Below, piece by piece: positions 1-10,229 of a stretch of DNA of 64,000 nucleotides. Under the pieces are notes generated by a model. That model was not told the DNA's origin. It searched no databases and saw only the letters and a program-made list of their open reading frames with translations. The stretch spans positions 64,001 to 128,000 of the IMG/VR virus record IMGVR_UViG_3300028591_000100; one strand, 5' to 3'. Position 1 is the stretch's first letter; each line of letters begins with the position of its first letter. The stretch is from a virus (Duplodnaviria > Caudoviricetes). The translations under genes and the position numbers were made by a program.

Positions 1-742
1 ATTCCTGAGCTCCTCCAACAATTAGACCAGCACCCTCTAAAGCCTTTAAATTATCTTCTGTGGCTACTAAACATCCTGTACCTGTTGGGCCATAAATCTT
101 ATGTCCAGAAAAAGTCATAAAACTAGCATGAGGGAATTGCTTACCTAGTTCTACATATTCTCCACCATAACTAACATATTGTGTGCAATCTACTAGACTA
201 TATATATGTCGTGCTGCTGTAAGTGTTGTAATTGCATTTACATAATTAAGCACACCTAATTCATTATTAATAGACATAATGCACACTAACAAAGTATCCT
301 TAGTTAAAACACTTAAAATGTCACCACCACGTATTCTACCTGTCATATGAGATGGCTTAACATATGTGACTCTAAAACCAATTTTTTCTAATTGTTTACA
401 TGCATTAATTACTGAATCATGTTCGGTGGCACCACAAATAATGTGTCTTCGTTGTTCTTCAATAGGTTTCCCTGAAGTTAGCTCTTTATAAGCTAACCCT
501 TTAATAACCATATTATTACTTTCGGTTGCACCAGAAGTGAAGATAACATTACCTACTTCTACTCCCATAATATCTGCAATTTTAATTCTAGAATCTTCCA
601 TAGCCATTTCAGCCTTAATGCCAAAAGAATGAATTGACCTAGAATTACCTACAAATTTCTTACTAAGATATGGTTTCATAGCCTTTAATACTTTTTTATC
701 CATCGCAGTATTACTTGCTGCATCTAAAAATACTTCTTTCAT
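1..742 (-). CDS. iscS: Cysteine desulfurase (IscS/NifS family), C-terminus runs off the window
   Basis: Not in the ORF track. Manual translation from ATG at 742 (SD GGAGAG upstream) gives MKEVFLDAASNT...FTSGATESNN...EHDSV...NNELG...SGHKIYGP, the class I desulfurase motifs including the PLP lysine. Confidence 0.9.
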   Translation of the reverse strand, partial: MKEVFLDAASNTAMDKKVLKAMKPYLSKKFVGNSRSIHSFGIKAEMAMEDSRIKIADIMGVEVGNVIFTSGATESNNMVIKGLAYKELTSGKPIEEQRRHIICGATEHDSVINACKQLEKIGFRVTYVKPSHMTGRIRGGDILSVLTKDTLLVCIMSINNELGVLNYVNAITTLTAARHIYSLVDCTQYVSYGGEYVELGKQFPHASFMTFSGHKIYGPTGTGCLVATEDNLKALEGAGLIVGGAQE

Positions 743-750
743 ATTCTCTC

Positions 751-1035
751 CTATCTCATACCTAAGGCAGATTTTACAACACGAGCACTTAAATCGCTAC
801 AACGGTTGCCAATAAATCTCTCAACAACTTTGTAATTAGTATTCTTATCGACTCTTAATGTGATTACATTAGAGCCTGTTTTATGATCAGACACTCTGAA
901 TAATAATGAGTAGTCTCCTGATTTAATTTTAAAATACCAAGAGTTCGTTGAAGATGATTTTCTCTCCTCAAAATCATAACCTTTTTGTTTAATAATTTGT
1001 TTTGCCATATTTCTAATCGCTTCCATGTTTAACAT
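751..1035 (-). CDS. Hypothetical protein
   Basis: ORF track 751..1053. The AGGAGG SD and the promoter at 1060-1087 favour ATG at 1035 (or 1041). Confidence 0.7.
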   Translation of the reverse strand: MLNMEAIRNMAKQIIKQKGYDFEERKSSSTNSWYFKIKSGDYSLLFRVSDHKTGSNVITLRVDKNTNYKVVERFIGNRCSDLSARVVKSALGMR

Positions 1036-1059
1036 AAGCATGTACCTCCTCACACTTAT

Positions 1060-1087
1060 ATTATAGCAGAAAGCATTTTAAAATCAA
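1060..1087 (-). promoter_or_regulatory. Conserved phage promoter TTGATT-N10-TTCTG-N-TATAAT
   Basis: One of seven copies of the same motif with a 16-bp spacer. Confidence 0.8.
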
Positions 1088-1650
1088 CTATTTTCTTCAG
1101 AAAGTCGTTTAAAATATGGAAAATACCATTCTTCACCGAATTTTTCCCTACGACTTTTGACTTTATCTCTAATTTTTTCTTGAAGCTCCTTCAATGAGAT
1201 AGGTTTGTAATCATATAACTCTGTGTTAACATTTATGAAATTTGGTAAATCAACTATAGCTTGATGCAAATGTCCATAAATGTTATATACATAAGGATTA
1301 CAAAAGGCCTCAAAAGCAGGTTCATGACTTAAGATTATACTAGAAGAATAGTATACAGGAGAATCTTTCACATCAATAAAACCCATCTTCTTATATTCTC
1401 CAATAGTTCCTCTATCATGATTACCTGTGATCAAAATCTTTCTGCCATTTAATCGTTTAATTAAATCTGCGCCTTTGGTAACAGGAGACCACAAACAGTC
1501 TCCTAAAATATACACCAAATCGTCTTTTCCTACAACACTATTATATTGTTTAATAATATACTCATTGTGCTCTTCAATACTATTAAATTTTCTACAGGTC
1601 TTTAAAATACCTGCGTGGTTTAAATGCAAATCTGATGTGACCCAAATCAT
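1084..1650 (-). CDS. Calcineurin-like metallophosphoesterase
   Basis: SDLH, LGD, GNHD, SH and GHLH motifs in canonical order. Confidence 0.92.
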   Translation of the reverse strand: MIWVTSDLHLNHAGILKTCRKFNSIEEHNEYIIKQYNSVVGKDDLVYILGDCLWSPVTKGADLIKRLNGRKILITGNHDRGTIGEYKKMGFIDVKDSPVYYSSSIILSHEPAFEAFCNPYVYNIYGHLHQAIVDLPNFINVNTELYDYKPISLKELQEKIRDKVKSRREKFGEEWYFPYFKRLSEENS

Positions 1651-1653
1651 AGG

Positions 1654-4014
1654 CTAGTCCCCATTTTCAAATTGCTTTAGGTAAAGCTGATGTAAATCAC
1701 CACGTAGCCATGTTTGTTTAACTTTAATATTACTTGTTCTACAAGCTGAGTTGATTGCTTTTGGTTGACCCACCAACACGCAATACTTCTTAGCTCTGGT
1801 TAAAGCAGTATATAACCACTCTCTCATTAATAACACATAAGCTGAGGTATCTAAGCATACGATAACAAAATCAGATTGAGAACCTTGTAATTTATGACAA
1901 GTGCAAGCCCAGCCATGAGTTACACTACCCCAGTCAGCTCTAGGTAGAATAACTTGCCCTTGCTCTTCTAGATCTACAATCATCATTTCATCATCAATAT
2001 CTGTAATATGTCCCATATTACCATTAAAGATAGGCACCTGAGTACCCCTTACAGTTCTCGCATGATAATTGTTTTTAATAATCATAACCTTATCATGTTT
2101 CTTATAAGTTACTTCAAACTTAGAACCTGAATCAAACACTTCTACAGTAACGCCACCTTTGGTTTCTGAATTAACCAATTGCTGCACTTCAGCATTAAAA
2201 GTTCTACAGCTATTCATACCGCGTGTTCTAACAGGCACTATGATTTGAATGTCATCAGGGTGTTTTCCCTTATTTAGAAGCTCTTTAAACTCGTTTATAG
2301 CTTGGGTATGAACAATTACAGCCTCACTATTACAAACGACCTTAAAATCGAATAAATCGCCCCTAATATCACTTCCTGAAAAATCATTTTTAACTAAATT
2401 CTTACCTTCACAAACCAATAATGATTGAGTGATAATACCACTCTTCAAAGCTTGACGATGAATTGCTGTTAAAATATTAGTTTTAATATAACCAGAAGCT
2501 ATGCAATCTGCTAATAAATTACCAACATTCATTGGAGGAAGCTGTTTGATGTCTCCGAGCATAATTAACTTTGCGCCTGAAGGAATTGCCTCTATCAATT
2601 TTAAAAATAATTCCTCACCAACCATTGAAGTTTCATCTAAAACTATAACATCATTAGGTAAAGGTTTGTTTTTGCCATAATCAAAACGTTCTTGTTCTGG
2701 TATGTATTTAAGTAGTCTATGAATAGTTTTGCCCTCTAGCTTAGTATAATCTGTCAATAAACTTGCAGCTCTACCTGATAAAGCACATTGTGCTACATTT
2801 AAATTGTAATGCTCAAAGATTCTAATCAACGGTGTAACTGTAGAAGACTTACCTGTACCACTGGAACCCGTTAAAATACTTAAATTATTATCTAATATAT
2901 TCCAGATGGCTTGTTTTTGTTCACGAGTATATTCAAAGCCTTGTGCTTGTTCAACCTCATGAATAATTTTTTCACAAACCTCTTTATTATATTTAAAAGT
3001 AGATTCTGCAGTTTGTATTCTTTCTAACTCACCTAAAATCTTACGCTCAGTTAAACGATAATGTAGCAAACCTACTTTTTTATTTTCATTTGAATAGAAG
3101 AATGAAGGGAACAATAAATCTTTTTTACCATTTTGTATATCAGCATATAGCTTTTCAAAGTCCTTTTGGCCCATCATATCTTCTTTTAAATATACAACTA
3201 AATCACTTTGTTGCACAGGATAACAAACTTCCATAATTTCATTGATTAACTCATCAATTGACATACATGAGTTACCATCATCAGCTTCTTTTTCTAGTCT
3301 ATAACGAGCATAGGCTACGCAACGTTCTCTACACCCACGAGAGAATCCTCTGCTTAACGCAATCTTGTCTGCTTTTTCCCAACCATATCCACGAACAAGT
3401 TTAATCAATGAATAGGGGTTATTTTCAATAATGTCTACCACCATATCAGCAGAACCAAATTGCTTAGCTAGACTATCAATAGCATGTTTTGTTAAGCCTA
3501 AATCTTTTAACGCTACATAAGCTCTACCGTTTGCTATATTATCTGAATATTTCATACAGATACGGTTAGCTGTAACGGGGCCTATTCCCTTAATTTTTGT
3601 TAAAGCATCAATATCATTGTTCTTTAACAAAGGTAGAGGATTGTCGTATAAAGAATAAAGTGATTCAATTTGGTTTTCAGTCAAGAAATAACTGAAAAAT
3701 TTAATTTGATCTTCCTTTTTGTCTAAATCATAGTTCATTTGAATGCTTTCGCAGTTATATTGTATACCCCATTTTGGGTCAACAACTTGTTTTGCTTGTA
3801 ATACATAATCAATACCTTTATCTAGCTTTGGCATTGTCCCTTTAACTATAATGGACTTTTCACCATAACCAGTATAGGCTTTTTCTGGTATTTCACCATC
3901 TCTGATTTCTTTTACATTTAAAAGCACAATAGAAGACTCCCCAGGTTGAGGATTTCTACCTTTAGGGAATCTATAATTATTTAATTGAACTACAGCTGTA
4001 ATAATTTCTTTCAA
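1654..4014 (-). CDS. recD2: RecD2-like SF1B DNA helicase
   Basis: HhH motif (IKGIGPVTA), Walker A GSSGTGKS, DETSMV, GDIKQL, HRQ, TCHKLQGSQ, LYTALTRAK. Confidence 0.93.
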   Translation of the reverse strand: MKEIITAVVQLNNYRFPKGRNPQPGESSIVLLNVKEIRDGEIPEKAYTGYGEKSIIVKGTMPKLDKGIDYVLQAKQVVDPKWGIQYNCESIQMNYDLDKKEDQIKFFSYFLTENQIESLYSLYDNPLPLLKNNDIDALTKIKGIGPVTANRICMKYSDNIANGRAYVALKDLGLTKHAIDSLAKQFGSADMVVDIIENNPYSLIKLVRGYGWEKADKIALSRGFSRGCRERCVAYARYRLEKEADDGNSCMSIDELINEIMEVCYPVQQSDLVVYLKEDMMGQKDFEKLYADIQNGKKDLLFPSFFYSNENKKVGLLHYRLTERKILGELERIQTAESTFKYNKEVCEKIIHEVEQAQGFEYTREQKQAIWNILDNNLSILTGSSGTGKSSTVTPLIRIFEHYNLNVAQCALSGRAASLLTDYTKLEGKTIHRLLKYIPEQERFDYGKNKPLPNDVIVLDETSMVGEELFLKLIEAIPSGAKLIMLGDIKQLPPMNVGNLLADCIASGYIKTNILTAIHRQALKSGIITQSLLVCEGKNLVKNDFSGSDIRGDLFDFKVVCNSEAVIVHTQAINEFKELLNKGKHPDDIQIIVPVRTRGMNSCRTFNAEVQQLVNSETKGGVTVEVFDSGSKFEVTYKKHDKVMIIKNNYHARTVRGTQVPIFNGNMGHITDIDDEMMIVDLEEQGQVILPRADWGSVTHGWACTCHKLQGSQSDFVIVCLDTSAYVLLMREWLYTALTRAKKYCVLVGQPKAINSACRTSNIKVKQTWLRGDLHQLYLKQFENGD

Positions 4015-4029
4015 AATAACACCTACATT

Positions 4030-7000
4030 CTATTTTTTAGTTCTGGTAAATCTAATTTCTAAAGAGCCATCTAAATTGACGCCCTCAATTAAGCCTACAC
4101 TGCGATAATATGTGTCGACTTTATAGTTTTTAGCAATAAACGTGTCTTCTCTACGTGTTCCATAAATTAATAATTTATTACCACGCTTAAACCAAGAATC
4201 GTCTATTACTCGTTTCTTTTTTGTTTTTGCATCTATTTCACTAATTTTCTTATTAAACTTAATATAGTTATCACCATAGAATTTAACATCTACAACACCA
4301 TATTTAGTTAAAATAGAAATAGTGTGTTTTGCATTAATAACATTAATGACAGTTCCTGCGATAGCCTTAATATCTTTTGGTGAAGAATTTTCAGATAAGC
4401 TATTAAAATCCACAACCCCATACATAGAGTCACACATCTTTTCTAATTCATGTCCACTATAGTAGAAGTTCATAGTATCCATTTCCCATTTTGATAAAGT
4501 GCCACCGCAATACTTTGCTCTTAGCTCATTTATAAATTCTTGCTTTAATAACTCATTGTATGCCCGAACACCATTTTCAGAATTAAACCACGTCATCAAA
4601 GGTGACATAAGCTGGTCAATTACTCGTTTTAACGCTGTCATTTTAATTGCAACCGCGTTATTTGGTAAGGATGTATATTCGTCTTTATCTAAATTTAATC
4701 TATCTCTAATATATATATTAAAGAATTTAATACATGCTTCATCGTCAATAATATATCTCTTTGATGTAGATTGTTTATCTACACAATTAGCATCTAAATA
4801 TGTTTTATACTTATAAGCACGAACGCTGTCCATGTATACACTAAGTTCAGGCATTTTTAAACTAATAGCCTTTTTAAGCTGAACAGTGGTTAGTTTTTCC
4901 TTAATAGGATTTTCTTTGCTTGCTAAATATTGTAGGAAGTTTTCCATGATGACAATTCTTTTCTTGTTTTCTAAAGCATCAAAACAACCAGCTTTTATTA
5001 AACCAATCATTTGTGCAGTAGTTGGCTGAATACGCTCATAGAAATCTAACATACTAGAATAAGGTCTACCAGCAATGATTTTATCAAACAACTCATCACT
5101 AACAACTGTAACAGCTTGTAAACTATAGAAAATAGCATTGTTCGCGATATCAGGAATAAAGTCTGCTTGAGTTTTATTGATATCAGGTAACTCTACCTTG
5201 ACTCCTGTCATTTGCATTTCAGAAATAGCCTTACTAATTTTACCATAGTTTGGCGCTACCTTTTTAGCTTTCTTTTCCTCTGTTCCCTCTTCTTCTAAAG
5301 CTTCTTCGGTATCCTCAACTTCTTCTTCATCTTCCCCAATATCACCAACATAATTGCCTGAGTTAACACACAAACAGGCACATTGCCAATAAAGTGGATT
5401 CCAACGAGTTGCTAGATTAGCTTCTTGCACCGCAACAACTGAATAAGGAACTGTATGGTTAATTGAGAATGAGTAGCCAAGTTGTGGTTCAATACAATAA
5501 ACCCAAACATAATTTAAAAATTCTTCACGAGTTCCACACTTATTTCCCTTTTCAAAGAAATCTTTTTTAAGTTGAATAATTTTAGCAGCTATCTTTTTAG
5601 CTATGGCTTTACGTGCGGCATTAGCTTCACCTAAAGTAAATGCACAAATTTCAGGGTCCATTAGAATTTGCATCAAAATTTCTTGTGAACCAGATACGCC
5701 ATAACTATCAACTAAATATTTTTCTAAGATATTAACCTCATGTTGATCTAAACCTTCATCGGCCATTTCTAGATACCATTGGTTAATATCATTTCTAAAT
5801 CTAACATATCTATCAATAGGTTGTTCACCAGACTCAGACTGTAATCTCATGATAGAATTTACTTCGGCTAATTGTCGAACATTTTCAGGTCTGGCTTTCT
5901 TCATAGCAACCGCACCGACAGGTGAATCCATTTGGAATAGGTTAGGAATAGAACCATCAGACATTCTTTCCCACATGATTGGATTATTGTATTCAAGAAA
6001 GTCTGGATGTAAGTATTTATTGTATGTTTGACGTAAGTTACCTTGCCACTCAATCTCGCCATCTTTTAATAATAAATCTAAACACTTAGCAATTTTAGAC
6101 TGAGCATCTGTACGCAGTACGTCCATTTTAAGAGCACCCATATCGTCTGAATCATGCATAGAAAATGCTGTCATCTTAGTTCCATTTGGTGCTCTCATTA
6201 AACTATTCTGAGGTAGATAACCATCATTAAATACATATAAAGCACTTGCATGAATACTTGCGTTTGTAGGTAAACCTTCAATTTTTTGTACAGCCTCAAA
6301 TAGGCCTGGGTATAATCTTAACTTAGCTTCAAAATCTTTAACAGGCTCGAAACCTTTTTCCTCATCACCATTTAAACATTCACTTAATGTATAAGTGTGT
6401 CCTCTATGTGCGGGAACCATTGCAGCTAAGGCTTGCATGTCATCATTATTGTAACCCAAACCACGTCCACAACTTAGTATTGCAGATTTTAAAGACTCTG
6501 TTTTGAAAGTCGCGCAATTTAATACATGGTCATCACCATATTCGCCCCTTAAAATGCTGATAATTTCAGCAGTCTTTTCTGGTTGGAAATCACTGTCCAC
6601 ATCAGGGAGCTCTACTCTTTCCTTATTTAAGAATCTCCACTCTTTTAAACCATACACAAATGGATCAATTTGAGTGATACCAATTAAATAGTTGATATAG
6701 AAACCTGTGCTTGAACCACGGCCTGGAGCTACCAAACTAGCCTGCCATGCAAGATTAATAATATTAACAGTTAAGTTTAAGTAAGCTGATAATTTTTGAT
6801 TTAAACGCTCGCTAATATATTCAAGGATATCTAATTCCCTTTCGATACGTTCACGCTTAACATCATCCATTTTCACTTTCTTTTCATGTATACCCTGTTC
6901 AATTTGATACATTAAGTATCTGTCTTGTTCATCATCACTATCATAGAACTTGTTAGTGATAGGATATTTACTATCACCGTAAAGTTCTTTAGTAAGTGTA

Positions 7001-7920
7001 AAATCAGGGATGTGAATTTTAGGAACTATTGTTCCATGTCTGAAGTCATATTCTTGAAATTTTTGACCAATAATAGCTGTGTTATTGATAGCTTCAAGTG
7101 CCTCGTCTTTTGTGATACCTTGTCCATTTAAAGTTAAGATATCTATCATTTCCTCTTCAGACATTATATATGTATATTTATAGAACTTTTCAGTTTCACG
7201 ATCTGTTGTTTGTTTACTATTTAAAAAAGCAGAGTGAATTTTAAAGTCTTCTTTGTCTAAATAATGGCTATCGGTTGTCACAATAAATGGTAAATTATAG
7301 TGACGAGCCAATTTAATTAAAGTTTTATTAACTATTACTTGTTCCTCATTATCAGATGGCTGCAATTCAAGGGCAAAATCGCCTTCTCCGAACGTTTTTA
7401 TACACCACCTGATAAAACTATTAGCCTCAGCTACATTATGCTCTAAAATCAAATAAGGAAGGCGTCCTCCAATACATGCCGTGCTTGCAAAAACGTGTCC
7501 TGGATTCTTACCAATAACCTCCTCTATTTTTTGATAGGTTGTAGGAACTCTAACTTGTCCTCTTTCCACATAAGAGTTCTCCCATGCAAAACTTGAAAGT
7601 TCTCTTAGTTGGTCCCAACCATCTTTATCTTTAGCTAATAAAATAAAGTGATAGTATTTATTTGTGTTTTTAATTTCTGTTTCATCAATTAAATATATCT
7701 CATTACCAAAAATGATTTTAAAATCTGGATGAGATTCTTTAATCTTATCTCTTTCTTTGATAATTTCAACCGCAGCAGACAATGACTCATGATCAGTGAA
7801 CGCGATACCACCAAAATCAAGGTCAATAGCTTTTTTTATCATTGAGCTTGGACGGTTGATACTATCCAAAAAACGAATATTGGATGAATAAGTATGATTA
7901 TGGTATGAAAAATAACTCAT
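4030..7920 (-). CDS. dnaE: DNA polymerase III alpha subunit (family C)
   Basis: PHP domain (HNHT, FTDHE, TTDSHY), APGRGS, LPDVDSDF, SIHASA, KMDVL, YSFSINH, and a C-terminal OB fold. Confidence 0.96.
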   Translation of the reverse strand: MSYFSYHNHTYSSNIRFLDSINRPSSMIKKAIDLDFGGIAFTDHESLSAAVEIIKERDKIKESHPDFKIIFGNEIYLIDETEIKNTNKYYHFILLAKDKDGWDQLRELSSFAWENSYVERGQVRVPTTYQKIEEVIGKNPGHVFASTACIGGRLPYLILEHNVAEANSFIRWCIKTFGEGDFALELQPSDNEEQVIVNKTLIKLARHYNLPFIVTTDSHYLDKEDFKIHSAFLNSKQTTDRETEKFYKYTYIMSEEEMIDILTLNGQGITKDEALEAINNTAIIGQKFQEYDFRHGTIVPKIHIPDFTLTKELYGDSKYPITNKFYDSDDEQDRYLMYQIEQGIHEKKVKMDDVKRERIERELDILEYISERLNQKLSAYLNLTVNIINLAWQASLVAPGRGSSTGFYINYLIGITQIDPFVYGLKEWRFLNKERVELPDVDSDFQPEKTAEIISILRGEYGDDHVLNCATFKTESLKSAILSCGRGLGYNNDDMQALAAMVPAHRGHTYTLSECLNGDEEKGFEPVKDFEAKLRLYPGLFEAVQKIEGLPTNASIHASALYVFNDGYLPQNSLMRAPNGTKMTAFSMHDSDDMGALKMDVLRTDAQSKIAKCLDLLLKDGEIEWQGNLRQTYNKYLHPDFLEYNNPIMWERMSDGSIPNLFQMDSPVGAVAMKKARPENVRQLAEVNSIMRLQSESGEQPIDRYVRFRNDINQWYLEMADEGLDQHEVNILEKYLVDSYGVSGSQEILMQILMDPEICAFTLGEANAARKAIAKKIAAKIIQLKKDFFEKGNKCGTREEFLNYVWVYCIEPQLGYSFSINHTVPYSVVAVQEANLATRWNPLYWQCACLCVNSGNYVGDIGEDEEEVEDTEEALEEEGTEEKKAKKVAPNYGKISKAISEMQMTGVKVELPDINKTQADFIPDIANNAIFYSLQAVTVVSDELFDKIIAGRPYSSMLDFYERIQPTTAQMIGLIKAGCFDALENKKRIVIMENFLQYLASKENPIKEKLTTVQLKKAISLKMPELSVYMDSVRAYKYKTYLDANCVDKQSTSKRYIIDDEACIKFFNIYIRDRLNLDKDEYTSLPNNAVAIKMTALKRVIDQLMSPLMTWFNSENGVRAYNELLKQEFINELRAKYCGGTLSKWEMDTMNFYYSGHELEKMCDSMYGVVDFNSLSENSSPKDIKAIAGTVINVINAKHTISILTKYGVVDVKFYGDNYIKFNKKISEIDAKTKKKRVIDDSWFKRGNKLLIYGTRREDTFIAKNYKVDTYYRSVGLIEGVNLDGSLEIRFTRTKK

Positions 7921-7942
7921 ATAAATACCACCTTTCGTATAT

Positions 7943-7970
7943 ATTATAGCAGAAAATAAAATATAATCAA
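7943..7970 (-). promoter_or_regulatory. Conserved promoter upstream of dnaE
   Basis: TTGATT-ATATTTTATT-TTCTG-C-TATAAT. Confidence 0.8.
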
Positions 7971-8032
7971 GAAAAAAGAAACAAAAACACCCCGTAGGGT
8001 GCTTTAATAGCTAAATAAAATCGGGTTTTTAT

Positions 8033-8317
8033 TTATATTTCTATTTTCCAACTAACAAAGTCTTGTCCGCGTACACGGTTTGTTTTAAAACATAAAAATG
8101 GATATTTTTTATTTATTTTATTTACAAGCTTTTCTAAATGTTCACCCCAAGATTGAACAGCTTGAACTCCACCCGCAGAGAGTTTGATTGACGCATTTAA
8201 TTTTTTCCAATCTTGATGATAATTGGTAATAGTTTGCTTTTTGTTGTTTTTAAGAAGTCGTTTTTTGGTTTTTTCTTTTTTGTTTTTAATTATAGCTAAA
8301 TATTTTTCTTTTTTCAT
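8033..8317 (-). CDS. Hypothetical basic protein
   Basis: ORF with ATGA overlap to the upstream gene. Confidence 0.65.
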   Translation of the reverse strand: MKKEKYLAIIKNKKEKTKKRLLKNNKKQTITNYHQDWKKLNASIKLSAGGVQAVQSWGEHLEKLVNKINKKYPFLCFKTNRVRGQDFVSWKIEI

Positions 8318-8571
8318 AATATCATCCCTTCTAATTTTTTCTTTTCCCTATCTATTCTGCGTTGAGTCTGATATATTCGTTCCTTCATATCATCAATATA
8401 AAGACCTAGGGCGTCACTAATAAGTGCACTTTCATTACTCATAAAATAATCGACATCGTATTTCTCGTGTAGTTGTTCCGCCAATTGTAGACTTGTTTTT
8501 TCATCTTCAAGGTGTGATTCCAACCATTCAAGATTAGATTCAATTTGTTCTTTAGTTCTTGTTGTCTTCAT
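8314..8571 (-). CDS. Hypothetical coiled-coil protein
   Basis: SD AGGAG; directly downstream of the promoter at 8601-8628. Confidence 0.7.
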   Translation of the reverse strand: MKTTRTKEQIESNLEWLESHLEDEKTSLQLAEQLHEKYDVDYFMSNESALISDALGLYIDDMKERIYQTQRRIDREKKKLEGMIL

Positions 8572-8600
8572 AATTATACACTCCTATTATATTCACTATT

Positions 8601-8628
8601 ATTATAACAGAAAACAATTCATAGTCAA
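8601..8628 (-). promoter_or_regulatory. Conserved promoter
   Basis: TTGACT-ATGAATTGTT-TTCTG-T-TATAAT. Confidence 0.8.
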
Positions 8629-8708
8629 GATAGAAAGCAAGACACACCCCGACCGAGGTATGTCTCGGTTCTAAAATGTTTTTAGGAAAAAAAGTAATTT
8701 GCCCAAAA

Positions 8709-9203
8709 TTATTTAATGATTACTCCCTCTCCTGTGTCATCACCATCGTCCACTTCGATTTGTTCAAATGTTCTAAATACAATTTCATTATCTTCTAAGT
8801 CATCATCTTCTGTGGGACAATATTGACTAAAATTCCATACTAAACTAGATTCTACTTTAGAGCTAAGATTTTTAGCGTAATGCTTTTCATGGCCATATTG
8901 ATCATCCTTCCAGAAAACATGATTATCAGCATCTATATCAATAGAATAAATTTTCCATTGGTTTTTAATAAAGTTTTTTAAGTTAATTAAAGTGTTAAAA
9001 TTACAAGCAAGATTATCTAAGGCTGCAATTTGCTTACCTGATTGTTCTTTATATTCTTCTAAATACTTAAGTAAACCTATAGCTTTATAAAAAGATACAT
9101 AACTATAAATTGGAAGATTGTCCTTTTCAGGGTCTTTGTAGTCTTCTAATTCACTTAAATCAAAAGTTAGTTTTACCACATCAGTGTGTACATACTTTTT
9201 CAT
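8709..9203 (-). CDS. Hypothetical protein at the end of the replication operon
   Basis: ORF with SD GAGGTG; no recognisable motif. Confidence 0.75.
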   Translation of the reverse strand: MKKYVHTDVVKLTFDLSELEDYKDPEKDNLPIYSYVSFYKAIGLLKYLEEYKEQSGKQIAALDNLACNFNTLINLKNFIKNQWKIYSIDIDADNHVFWKDDQYGHEKHYAKNLSSKVESSLVWNFSQYCPTEDDDLEDNEIVFRTFEQIEVDDGDDTGEGVIIK

Positions 9204-9218
9204 CCTTTCACCTCTTTT

Positions 9219-10229
9219 CTAAAATTCAAAATCAAATTCATCAGCAATCTTTTTTACTGTGATATTTTTACCATAACGTAATAAGAAGTGTTGTAAAACT
9301 TCTTCATGATGCTCCATACCATCCCACTTAGCAGCTACAGTCTTAACTTTCTCATCAGGAGTCCAAAGACTATAGTAAGGACATAAGTTTTCTGCACCAG
9401 CAGGTTGTTCAGGATTCTGATTACAGTAAGGGCAATAATAACACAAGGCGCCTGGGTTTGGTTCCCAATCTTTATTCTTAATGCCATCTAAAATTGCTGT
9501 TAATTGCTTCATACCTCTTTTAATAAAACCTTTGGTGCCAGCATCTTGCTTTGTACCTAAGAAAGGTAGATCGTATTTACAGCTCATTTTTTCATATGGA
9601 ATATCTAATTCTTCATTCAAACCCATACAATAAATTATAAATTGAAGAGGTGTAGTTAATTCATCCTCTTTAAAAAGTTTTAGTTTAGTTTTAATATCTT
9701 CAATGATATATTCATCTGTAAGTTTATTATAGAATATTCTATCAATATGACCACTAAAAAGGAAACCCTCATAACTGATGGAAAAGTACTTTTCAGCTTC
9801 CCATGGTTCTAAATCTGGATTAGCTTTCAAATAGTCTTCTAAACGATATATGCCTGTAGCCATATAATCTAAAGCACGACTGTAAAATGATTGTCCTAGG
9901 TCATTTGTTTTATAGAATTCCTCTTTATATTTTTCTTTTAAAATGTTGATACCAAAAATACCACCATCAGTATCAAATTTATCTTTTTTAGGAATATTAA
10001 TAGTTTGAAAATCCTGTTTAAGTTTTTCATAATTAACAACCTGTTTATTCTTTAAGGCATTGAAAATTTGTTGCTCACAAAAATGGACTAATGTACCAAA
10101 ATCACTTGCCAAACTTTCACCGAAAAAGAAATTGTTTAATTCATATGTTAAATAATACTTAAAATGGCATTGTTCATAAGTGTTCCCCTTGGAGTACGAC
10201 ATTTTAGGTTGTTTTTTAGTGTAGCTCAC
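9219..10229 (-). CDS. PD-(D/E)XK nuclease, AddB/Cas4-like, probable Fe-S staple
   Basis: SYS..C (N-terminal Cys), GTLVH, AEKYF, GHIDRI, EDIKT, QFIIY, and C-terminal CYYCPYC..C. Confidence 0.85.
   Translation of the reverse strand: MSYTKKQPKMSYSKGNTYEQCHFKYYLTYELNNFFFGESLASDFGTLVHFCEQQIFNALKNKQVVNYEKLKQDFQTINIPKKDKFDTDGGIFGINILKEKYKEEFYKTNDLGQSFYSRALDYMATGIYRLEDYLKANPDLEPWEAEKYFSISYEGFLFSGHIDRIFYNKLTDEYIIEDIKTKLKLFKEDELTTPLQFIIYCMGLNEELDIPYEKMSCKYDLPFLGTKQDAGTKGFIKRGMKQLTAILDGIKNKDWEPNPGALCYYCPYCNQNPEQPAGAENLCPYYSLWTPDEKVKTVAAKWDGMEHHEEVLQHFLLRYGKNITVKKIADEFDFEF

Noticed and set aside
9219-10229. CRISPR-associated cas4
   Set aside because: No array or other cas genes; its position in the primase-helicase operon fits a solo replication/recombination nuclease.
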